From Acidobacteriota bacterium (GTDB lineage: Bacteria; Acidobacteriota; CAIWXX01), in NCBI GenBank assembly GCA_040755995.1, contig JBFMAF010000042.1, forward strand, positions 37,980-101,979: DNA of 64,000 bases. The letters run 5' to 3'. The first letter of the stretch is position 1. Each line of letters begins with the position of its first letter. The notes under the pieces were generated by a model. The model was not told the DNA's origin. It saw only the letters and a list, made by a program, of their open reading frames with translations, and searched no databases. The translations under genes and the position numbers were made by a program. Positions 54,783 through 64,000 of this stretch are shown in pieces.

Positions 54783-55955
54783 CTACGAGTCGGGGGCGCG
54801 CGGGCTCTGCGCGCGGCCGACCAGACGGCCGATGAGGCGCGGCATATCGGCGAGCGCGCAGACCCGGTCTGCCAGCCCGGCTTCAGCGACGAAGCGGGGC
54901 ATTCCCCAGATCACCGAACTGGCCTCGTCCTGGGCGATGACGATCGCGCCCCTGGCCTTGAGCGCCTGGCTTCCGGCATAGCCGTCCGATCCCATTCCCG
55001 TGAGGACCACACCCAAGGCCCGGTTCCCGAACGTCGACGCGACCGACCGGAAGAGCACGTCTACCGCCGGCCTCACGGAGTTCTCGGGCGCGCCCCTTGT
55101 CAGAACGATGGCTGGGGCGCTGCCTCTCCGCCGAACCTCCATATGGTAATCGCCCGGCGCGATGTAGGCCGTTCCGTAGAGCGCTTCCTCACCATCCTCC
55201 GCTTCCTTCACCCGCACTCGGCTGACCGTGTTCAGCTGGTCAGCCAGACGTTTGGTAAACACCGGAGGCATGTGCTGCACGATCAGAATGGTCGCGGCGA
55301 TGTCAGCCGGGACCTCCTGCAACAGCGCCCGCAGCGCTACGGGCCCGCCGGTCGAGACTCCGATCGCGATCACATCACGGCCGCCGGGCTGAGCGCACAG
55401 CGCGTCTTCGAGCGGCGGCTGCGCGTCTGGTCGTGGAGGCGTTTGTGCGCGCGGAGAGTACGCGCGGAAAGCCCGAATCCGACTGACGACTTCGTCCCTC
55501 AGGCGCCCAATGAGGCTCTCGCCCGGCGCCAGCTGCGGAGCCTTCGGGATGAAATCCAGGGCGCCGTTGGCCAGAGCCTCCACCGCCACATCCGCCACCT
55601 CGAACCCCACCGCACTGCAGATGATCACCCCGATCTGCGGGTGTTGCTGCTTGACTAGGCGGAGCGTCTTCAGGCCGTCGATGCCGGGCATTTGGATATC
55701 CATCAGAATACAGTCCGGGGTGAGATCGGGAATCCGCAGCAACGCGCCTCTTCCCGTCGACGCAGTGCCCACGATTTCGATGTCATCCTCGGATGCCAGC
55801 ACGTCTCGGATGAGAGCGCGGAACGCGGCTGAGTCGTCCACGACCATCAGGCGTGTCTTGGGGGTACGCCAGGCACCCCTCACGGCCTTCGCCGCCTCCG
55901 GCCGGACCTCTCCACGTCGGCGCTGTCCCTCACTCTCCGTTCTTGTTTCTTCCAC
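54783..55955 (-). CDS. cheB: Chemotaxis response regulator protein-glutamate methylesterase CheB
   Basis: REC domain (VVDDSA, MDIQMP) plus GVSTGG, VQHM and LTGMGSDG catalytic motifs; start inferred. Confidence 0.9.
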   Translation of the reverse strand: MEETRTESEGQRRRGEVRPEAAKAVRGAWRTPKTRLMVVDDSAAFRALIRDVLASEDDIEIVGTASTGRGALLRIPDLTPDCILMDIQMPGIDGLKTLRLVKQQHPQIGVIICSAVGFEVADVAVEALANGALDFIPKAPQLAPGESLIGRLRDEVVSRIRAFRAYSPRAQTPPRPDAQPPLEDALCAQPGGRDVIAIGVSTGGPVALRALLQEVPADIAATILIVQHMPPVFTKRLADQLNTVSRVRVKEAEDGEEALYGTAYIAPGDYHMEVRRRGSAPAIVLTRGAPENSVRPAVDVLFRSVASTFGNRALGVVLTGMGSDGYAGSQALKARGAIVIAQDEASSVIWGMPRFVAEAGLADRVCALADMPRLIGRLVGRAQSPRAPDS

Positions 55956-56215
55956 GTCTCGATTATACGCGATGAGCGGCGAGAGAGGGAGAGTACAAGG
56001 CAAAATGCAAGAGGCAGAATGCATAAGGCAAGATGAAGAGGGCGAAGTGCGAGATGCGGAGGGCAAGGGGCAAGATGAAAAGAGCAGAGAGTGGGATGCG
56101 ACGCGGCAGCGTGGTGATTCGGCGGTCCATCGGCGCCGAGGCCTCCAGGCCTCGACCTCATGCTGGCCCATAGGACCTGATCCGTAGTATTATTGACGCG
56201 CGGGGGCAATGCACG

Positions 56216-56443
56216 ATGCTTACAGGGCGCCCGGACAGATCGGCCTCGGCGAGGCTCGCGGCAGGGATCGCGAGCGTCGCTGCGATCGTGTGGGTCGGCT
56301 CTGCGACTGGATCAGTGTTCGAAGGCATAGCACTCGGTTTTCTGATCGCCTGTTCTTCTTTTCTTTGGGGAGTCATCGCCGCCGGTCGGGAGCATCTGAC
56401 TGAGATCGACCTTGACGACAACCCACACAAGGAGGATCGGTGA
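56216..56443 (+). CDS. Small two-TM protein
   Basis: Hydrophobic 75-aa ORF with GTGA overlap to the hemerythrin gene. Confidence 0.45.
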   Translation: MLTGRPDRSASARLAAGIASVAAIVWVGSATGSVFEGIALGFLIACSSFLWGVIAAGREHLTEIDLDDNPHKEDR

Positions 56444-56844
56444 AGCTCACCTTGACTCCCGAGCTTCGCGTCGGCATCGGTGTGATAGACAAGCAGCACG
56501 AGGAGCTCTTCTCCAGGATCAACCTTCTTTTCGACTCGATGAGCCGTGGAACCGGGAAGGCGCAGGTCGGGGGCGTCATGCAATTCCTCGAGCAGTATAT
56601 GCGGAGCCATTTCGCAACGGAGGAGGGATATATGGCCAGCCACAGCTATCCCGACCTCGCTCCGCACCAGTCGCAGCATCGGGATTTCGAGGCGCGCCTC
56701 TCGGAGCTCAGGGAGTCCTTGCAGGCGGACGGCATCGGGGAGGAACTGGCGATCCGCCTTGACCAGCTTCTCTGCAACTACCTCGTCGGCCACATCGCGC
56801 GCAAGGACCGGGCGATGGCGGAGTTTCTGAGGACGAGGATCTAG
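56440..56844 (+). CDS. Bacteriohemerythrin
   Basis: IDKQH, HFATEE, YP...HQSQH and HIARKD iron ligands. Confidence 0.92.
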   Translation: MKLTLTPELRVGIGVIDKQHEELFSRINLLFDSMSRGTGKAQVGGVMQFLEQYMRSHFATEEGYMASHSYPDLAPHQSQHRDFEARLSELRESLQADGIGEELAIRLDQLLCNYLVGHIARKDRAMAEFLRTRI

Positions 56845-56972
56845 ATTGGGTTTCGGACCTTGGAATTCGAATATCGAGATTCTCCCGGAAATCCTCGTTC
56901 GGCCCGCAATCCGCAACCGAGTTTGCGCGGGACGGTCTGGAGCTTGAAATGGAGCTGACGCGGGGGATCGCT

Positions 56973-58217
56973 ATGATCGATTATGACGTGGTTCAGTCGC
57001 TCGTGATAGCGATCGGGATCGGGCTGCTGGTGGGGGTGGAGCGCGAGAAAGATCGGGCACCGGGGACGCCCGCCGGTCTTCGGACCTTTGTGCTGATCTC
57101 CCTGCTCGGCGCTCTCTCGGCGCTTTCGAGGAGCACCGTGCTCTCTGCAATCACTCTCGCGGCGATCGGCGCTTTCATGGCATCGCGCCACTTCCGCCCG
57201 GTCGCTAACCAATCGGGGTTCGTCACCGACGCTGGTGCACTGGTCACGTTCTGGCTCGGCTACATGACCTTCTACCACCAGGCAATCGCCATCATGCTGG
57301 CCGTCATCACCGCCTCGGCCCTCGCCGCCAAGCGCCCTCTGCACGACTTCGCCAGCAAGAGGCTCTCCGAGCTGGAGTTCTACGATACGCTGAAGTTCCT
57401 CGCGGTGGTGTTCATCATCTACCCGGTGCTGCCGCGCGCCGGGTTCGGCGCAGGTGGGTTTCTCAATCTGCGCACGATCTGGATCTTCGTGATCCTCGTC
57501 TCTTCCATCAGCTACGTGGGTTACTTCCTGACCAAGTTCCTCGGGGTCGAGCGAGGGACCCTATTGACTGCGGTGGTCGGCGGCCTCGCGTCGACGACCG
57601 CTTCTACGGTCTCGTTCGCGCGAAGATCGAAGGACGACCCTCAGAACACGCCAACCTATGCGCTCGCCGCCATTGCCTCAAACACCATGCAGCTTCCGCG
57701 CCTCGGCGCGATCCTCTACGCGATCGATCCCGGACTGGCGGTGGACGCGAGCTTGCCGCTCCTGGCAGGCACGACGGCCGGGGCTCTATTGACTGCGGTC
57801 CTGAGGTGGATCCGTCCCAAGGCGACAGCGATCGAGCACCAGCGTATCAGTATTCAGAACCCGTTCTCGTTGCGCCCGGCGCTCGCCTTCGGCCTCTACT
57901 TCGCGATGATCCTCATCGCCACCCACATCGCCACCGAGCGGTTAGGCAATCGCGGCGTGTACCTGACCAGTCTGCTCGGCGGTTCGCTGGACGTGGATGC
58001 CGTTGCAGTTTCTCTCGCCGGTCTGGCATCGAAGGCCGCCATCGACAATCGGCTTGCTGTCTCTGCGGTGCTGGCCGCAGCCGTAGGCAACGCAGTGGTC
58101 AAGCTGCTGATCGCCTCGTGGGGCGGCACGCGCGGGTTCGCCGTGCGGCTCGGGTTTGGGGCTGCCGCCGTCTTCGGCTCTGCGTGGGCGGCGTGGCTGA
58201 TGCTCCTGCGGCCCTGA
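56973..58217 (+). CDS. MgtC/SapB-DUF4010 family membrane protein
   Basis: GLLVGVERE, AGLRTF, GGLASTTA and DVDA motifs. Confidence 0.85.
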   Translation: MIDYDVVQSLVIAIGIGLLVGVEREKDRAPGTPAGLRTFVLISLLGALSALSRSTVLSAITLAAIGAFMASRHFRPVANQSGFVTDAGALVTFWLGYMTFYHQAIAIMLAVITASALAAKRPLHDFASKRLSELEFYDTLKFLAVVFIIYPVLPRAGFGAGGFLNLRTIWIFVILVSSISYVGYFLTKFLGVERGTLLTAVVGGLASTTASTVSFARRSKDDPQNTPTYALAAIASNTMQLPRLGAILYAIDPGLAVDASLPLLAGTTAGALLTAVLRWIRPKATAIEHQRISIQNPFSLRPALAFGLYFAMILIATHIATERLGNRGVYLTSLLGGSLDVDAVAVSLAGLASKAAIDNRLAVSAVLAAAVGNAVVKLLIASWGGTRGFAVRLGFGAAAVFGSAWAAWLMLLRP

Positions 58218-58276
58218 CCAAGCAGCGCCGAGAGGATAGCCGGGCGCCGCCGATTTCCGCCACGCAGGTTGGTGAT

Positions 58277-58945
58277 CTACTCGGCGCCCTTGGTTCCGCC
58301 TTCTTTGTCCTTGGCGCCCTTGCCCTTCTTCTCTTTCGTGGGCTTGACAGCCTTCTCGACCTTCTTGGCCGCGTCCTTGCCGGCCGCAAGCGCCTGCTTG
58401 GCCTCCTTCTGTGCCTCGCCGAACAGGTTCTCCAGCTTGTGACGGATCGAGTTCAGCTTGCCCTTGAGGCCCCAGTACTCGCCTTTTTCGGCGGCTGCCT
58501 TCACCTCGGCCAGGGTCTCCTCTGCCTTCTGGAGAGTCTCCTCGGCGGCCTTCCTGGCCTCGGGTTCTAGCTTCTTCTCCGCCAGGTTCTTCTTCGCGTC
58601 GGCAACCTCGCTCTCCACCTTCGGCAACGTCTCGTCGGTTTCCTTCTTGAGCGTGTCGCGCAGCTTCTCCGTGGATTCTTTCAGCTTCGTCAGGCCGTCT
58701 TCCACCTCGACGAGCGCCTTCTTCGCTTCGTCATACTGCTTGGCCTCGATTTTCGCTTTCGCGTCGGCGAGTGCCTGCTCGTATTCCTTGAACTTCTTGG
58801 GAGAGTACTTGTCGGCGAGGGCCGTCCGCGCGCCCTCCATTGCCTTCTCCGCGCGAGCCAGTTCGTCACGCGGCGGCCTCGCGCATCCCCCCATCAGACC
58901 GCAGATCAACAATACGGCCAGTGCACTTCCACGAAACCTCTTCAT
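58277..58945 (-). CDS. Coiled-coil lipoprotein (DUF4398-like)
   Basis: Lipobox LMGGC, then ARPPRDELARAEKA...ADKYSP and K/E/A-rich helices. Confidence 0.7.
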   Translation of the reverse strand: MKRFRGSALAVLLICGLMGGCARPPRDELARAEKAMEGARTALADKYSPKKFKEYEQALADAKAKIEAKQYDEAKKALVEVEDGLTKLKESTEKLRDTLKKETDETLPKVESEVADAKKNLAEKKLEPEARKAAEETLQKAEETLAEVKAAAEKGEYWGLKGKLNSIRHKLENLFGEAQKEAKQALAAGKDAAKKVEKAVKPTKEKKGKGAKDKEGGTKGAE

Positions 58946-58971
58946 GTCTTCCTCCACTTCATCGAAGGGGC

Positions 58972-59000
58972 ATTATAGGAGGCGCCGGGGAGGGTGTCAA
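58972..59000 (-). promoter_or_regulatory. Perfect-consensus sigma70 promoter
   Basis: Minus strand TTGACA-17 bp-TATAAT. Confidence 0.8.
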
Positions 59001-59231
59001 ACCACACGTAGAGTCCGCTCTCTCGAGCTTTTCCGCAGAGCGTGCCCGGAGAGGATACGGCGGGAACGGGTACGGTTCGGCGGCGGCGACCACACAGACG
59101 CCCCTGCCGCGAATTTAGAGTTGCTCAGGCCTTGTAACCGGCTCCGTGCGTATGGTATTGTAATAAGTTGTGCGTCGTCTGACGGAGCTGCAGTGGCGGC
59201 TCCGGGCCGGTGACGGGGTGCGGCCTGGCTT

Positions 59232-61055
59232 TTGAAGAATCAAGAGCTTACGAGCGATCGCGAGCGGGTACACGATGGCGCCGACATCGTGGAGCTTGCT
59301 TCGGTCTACACAACTCTAAAGAAGCGCGGCGGGAAGTATTTGGGACTCTGTCCGTTCCACCAGGAAAAGACGCCCTCGTTCACGGTCGATGCAGAACGCA
59401 AGCTCTATTACTGCTTCGGTTGTCACCGCGGCGGGGATCTCTTCAGTCTTGTCATGGAGATGGAGCGGTTGACGTTCCCGGAGGCCCTGAGATATCTGGC
59501 AGGCCGCTACCATATTCAGCTCACCGGGGGCCCGCGCGAGCTCGCGGCTCGTGGGGAGAGGAAGCGCTTGATCGAGGTGAATGAGCTGGCGCAGACGTTC
59601 TTCCAGAGGTGCCTGGGGGCACCCGATGGGAGAACAGCGCGTGAGTTCCTGGCGCGCCGGAGGGTGAGCGCCGATTCCGTCGCGCTTTTTCGGCTCGGCT
59701 ATGCGCCGCCGCAATGGGACCGGCTCTCGACGCACCTGCGCCGGGAGGGCGTGCCCGCTGAGATGATCCTGAAGGCTGGGCTGGCAGCACAGGGCCATAC
59801 TGCGGGATCGATCTATGACCGCTTCCGGGACCGCCTGATCTTCCCGATCTGCTCCGACTCAGGCGAAGTGATTGGATTCGGAGGTCGTACGTTGGTGGGA
59901 GCCGCCGGCTCGTCCGCGCCGGCTAGACCGCAGGCAACTCCCGAGTCGGCAGGCCCGAAGTTCCTCAATTCCCCCGAGACAGCCGTCTACACCAAGGGCA
60001 AGCAGTTCTACGGAATGCACCTGTCGCGCGACCACATCCGGAAGTCGGGTGCAGCCGTTATTGTCGAAGGGTACATGGACTTCATCCTGCTCTACCAGGA
60101 GGGGCTCAGGAACTGCGTGGCAAGCCTTGGCACCGCTCTGACACGGCCCCAGGTCAAGCTGCTCGCGAGGCACGGCGTCGCGGGAATTCTGAATTTCGAC
60201 CCGGATGCGGCAGGCCGCGAGGCCATGATCAAGTCGCTCCAGATCTTCTTCGAAGAGGACGTACCCGTGCGCGTCCTGAGCCTGAGTGGAGAGAAGGACC
60301 CCGATGAGTTCATTCTGAGCGACGGGCTCGCCGCATACGAGGCGCTGGCAAAGGAGGCCCCGACGGGCGAGGTGTTCGCGCTCGATACGCTGTTCTGCGC
60401 GTACCGCGGGCACAATGACGAAAAGCGCGTGGCGGACATCGCGGCCTTCCTGCGGCTGGCACGCTGCATCAGCAACGCCGTCAGGCAGGAAATGGCCCTG
60501 CGCGAGGCGTCGGCGCGGTTCGGGATCGGCGTAGAGCAGCTCCGTGCCGAGATGTCGAAGATTCCGGCCCCCGCGGAGGGTGGCGAGGGGCGTCCCGCAT
60601 CGGCCGCCGGCATGCCCCAGCGGTCACTGGCGGCATCCCCTTCGCACGCCGAGCGCCGGCTGCTGATTTACGGTCTGGCTGGGCCGGAGAGATACCGCGA
60701 AATCGCATCAGGGCTGGGATCGGCGGTGCGGCTCGCCTGCGGCGGCATCTTCAAGAAGCTCTCGATGCTGGCGGCACGCGACACGGCCTACGACGAGAGA
60801 CGCGTGTACTCTGTCCTGAGCGCAGAGGAGGCCGCGGTGGTGACCAGGATACTGCTCGAGGAAGAGGGTGCAGGCGTACCGACCCGCGAAGAAGCCCTGA
60901 GCTGCCTGGAGGCTCTGCAGAACGACGTGCGGCAGACCGCTCACCTGCAGGCGGGCGTCGAGGCAGCGGGTGATGATCCCGCGTTGTTGGCGGAGGCGCT
61001 GAGGCGCAAGCAGGAGTCGGCCCGGAAGCGACACGAGATCTCGATTGTGAAATAG
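59232..61055 (+). CDS. dnaG: DNA primase
   Basis: CPFH...CFGC zinc finger, [34 protein letters not shown] and KDPD. Confidence 0.96.
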   Translation: MKNQELTSDRERVHDGADIVELASVYTTLKKRGGKYLGLCPFHQEKTPSFTVDAERKLYYCFGCHRGGDLFSLVMEMERLTFPEALRYLAGRYHIQLTGGPRELAARGERKRLIEVNELAQTFFQRCLGAPDGRTAREFLARRRVSADSVALFRLGYAPPQWDRLSTHLRREGVPAEMILKAGLAAQGHTAGSIYDRFRDRLIFPICSDSGEVIGFGGRTLVGAAGSSAPARPQATPESAGPKFLNSPETAVYTKGKQFYGMHLSRDHIRKSGAAVIVEGYMDFILLYQEGLRNCVASLGTALTRPQVKLLARHGVAGILNFDPDAAGREAMIKSLQIFFEEDVPVRVLSLSGEKDPDEFILSDGLAAYEALAKEAPTGEVFALDTLFCAYRGHNDEKRVADIAAFLRLARCISNAVRQEMALREASARFGIGVEQLRAEMSKIPAPAEGGEGRPASAAGMPQRSLAASPSHAERRLLIYGLAGPERYREIASGLGSAVRLACGGIFKKLSMLAARDTAYDERRVYSVLSAEEAAVVTRILLEEEGAGVPTREEALSCLEALQNDVRQTAHLQAGVEAAGDDPALLAEALRRKQESARKRHEISIVK

Positions 61056-61078
61056 GGTTATCGAAAAGGAGTTCGCAC

Positions 61079-62752
<1,674 letters not shown>

Positions 62753-62822
62753 GGCGCGTTTTGAGGCTGTCATGATGAGATTCGCACAGGCGAGGGACCG
62801 CGAGATCCGGGGGTCGGCCTAG

Positions 62823-63602
62823 ATGGAGTTCGTGCTGGCACCCGTGAGGAGGCTGCAGGAGATCGATCTGAATATCGCCGAGTTGAAGCGACAGGAAGAA
62901 GAGTATCCTCGACGTATGCAGGGTGTGGACGAGGAAATACAGGCGCGCCAGCAGGAGATGGAAGGCGAGAAGGCAAAACTCTCCGAGCTGGTCAAGAACG
63001 AAAAGAGCGCCAAGATCGAGGCCGATGCGGTTCGCAGCAAGATCGCCCATTACAAGGACCAGCTGCTGTCGGTCAAGACCAACAAGGAGTACTCGGCGCT
63101 GCTGAAGGAGATCGAAGCAGCCGAGAAGAAGGTCGACTCCGTTGAAGAGACTATCATCGGGTACATGATCGAGATGGATGAGCACAACGCTCACATCAAG
63201 AAGATCGAGGGCTGGTTCAAGTCAGAGAGGGAGAAGCTGCTTGCTGAAAAGGCCAGGCTGGACGGCGAGCTCAGGACGGTGCGCGAGAAGCGTGAGCAGC
63301 TTGAACGCGAGCGCGACGAAATCGCAAACCAGCTTCCGGAGCATGTTCTGAGGACGTACAACAAGGTACAGGGGCTTAGAGGCACCGCGCTGGCCGAGGC
63401 GCGAGACGAGTTCTGCATGGAGTGCCACGTCCGACTGCGCCCGCAGGTCTACAATGATCTCAAACACAACAACCGCCTCATCACCTGCGATTCCTGCGAC
63501 CGCATCCTTTTCTACGACGGGCCGCCCCCGGTGGCGCAGCCTGACGCGCCCTCGGCCGGCGTAGAGGCCGAAGACGCCCAGCCCGAAACTGTCCGCGAGT
63601 AG
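62823..63602 (+). CDS. Coiled-coil C4 zinc-ribbon protein (DUF164-type)
   Basis: LQEID...NKEYSALLKEI coiled coil; CMECH...CDSCDRIL. Confidence 0.88.
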   Translation: MEFVLAPVRRLQEIDLNIAELKRQEEEYPRRMQGVDEEIQARQQEMEGEKAKLSELVKNEKSAKIEADAVRSKIAHYKDQLLSVKTNKEYSALLKEIEAAEKKVDSVEETIIGYMIEMDEHNAHIKKIEGWFKSEREKLLAEKARLDGELRTVREKREQLERERDEIANQLPEHVLRTYNKVQGLRGTALAEARDEFCMECHVRLRPQVYNDLKHNNRLITCDSCDRILFYDGPPPVAQPDAPSAGVEAEDAQPETVRE

Positions 63603-63707
63603 CTCGCGGACCCGGCCTGCCACTCTCTACATTCCACTCCCTACCCTTTACGCGAGGCGCCGCCGCCGCGGCCTCGCATGCTCATCGGTGTCTGAGGCCG
63701 CGCCCCG

Positions 63708-63731
63708 CTAGGCGCGTTAGCGCCTAGTTTT
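63708..63731 (+). terminator. Intrinsic terminator-like hairpin
   Basis: CTAGGCGC-gtta-GCGCCTAG followed by TTTT. Confidence 0.55.
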
Positions 63732-64000
63732 GGACAACATGTTGTCGATACTGGGTGGTAGTTGGAGATCACGTCAGGGCCATGGTGGCGAAGGTTTCAC
63801 GGAGTTCGTTGCGGAGGTTGAGATAGTGCAAGTCGACGGGGTTGTTGGGCGGCCTGCCGGGCTTCAGGGGAAAAAGATGTTGCGATTGAGTCAAGTTTGC
63901 CACGTCGCGTCATTCGCTCTGAATTCCCACGGTAGTCACTCCCAACTCTCGACTGTAGACTCTCGACGCGAGGCGGGGCCAAAGCGGCCTGGCATGGTTC

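Noticed and set aside
55956..56171. Long N-terminal extension of CheB in the ORF track
   Set aside because: It translates a low-complexity purine/pyrimidine-skewed tract; a TATAAT directly before GTG 55955 gives a better start.
62753..62822. tRNA often found after rpoD
   Set aside because: No cloverleaf or conserved D/T-loop motifs in this 70-bp gap.

Overview
A 64 kb, GC-rich, gene-dense chromosomal window from an anaerobic bacterium. The RpoD N-terminus ([17 protein letters not shown]...[15 protein letters not shown]) looks Acidobacteriota-like; this is inference. Housekeeping genes: asnA, hemE-hemN, rlpA, def-fmt-rsmB-rnpB-selD, dnaG-rpoD-zinc-ribbon. Energy metabolism: two four-subunit 2-oxoacid:ferredoxin oxidoreductase operons. 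The second runs directly into a HydC/HydB/HydA-like (NuoE/F/G-type) flavin-FeS module that has no catalytic domain, followed by a CooF-like FeS protein and a ferritin-like protein. Signalling is abundant: a duplicated DVU0150-like/TSUP membrane module with micro-proteins, one kinase and three stand-alone receivers; a head-to-head FHA-GAF-PP2C phosphatase and kinase-WD40 pair; two hybrid kinases; an orphan CheB; and a PAS-CPBP fusion. Features the ORF track misses: a 28-aa ribosomal protein bTHX gene, the selenocysteine-containing N-terminus of SelD with a SECIS-like hairpin, RNase P RNA, a 38-aa membrane peptide, REP-like repeats and several apparently leaderless genes. I saw no CRISPR array, rRNA, tRNA or intact transposase. 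All product calls come from reading motifs by eye; no database searches were run.
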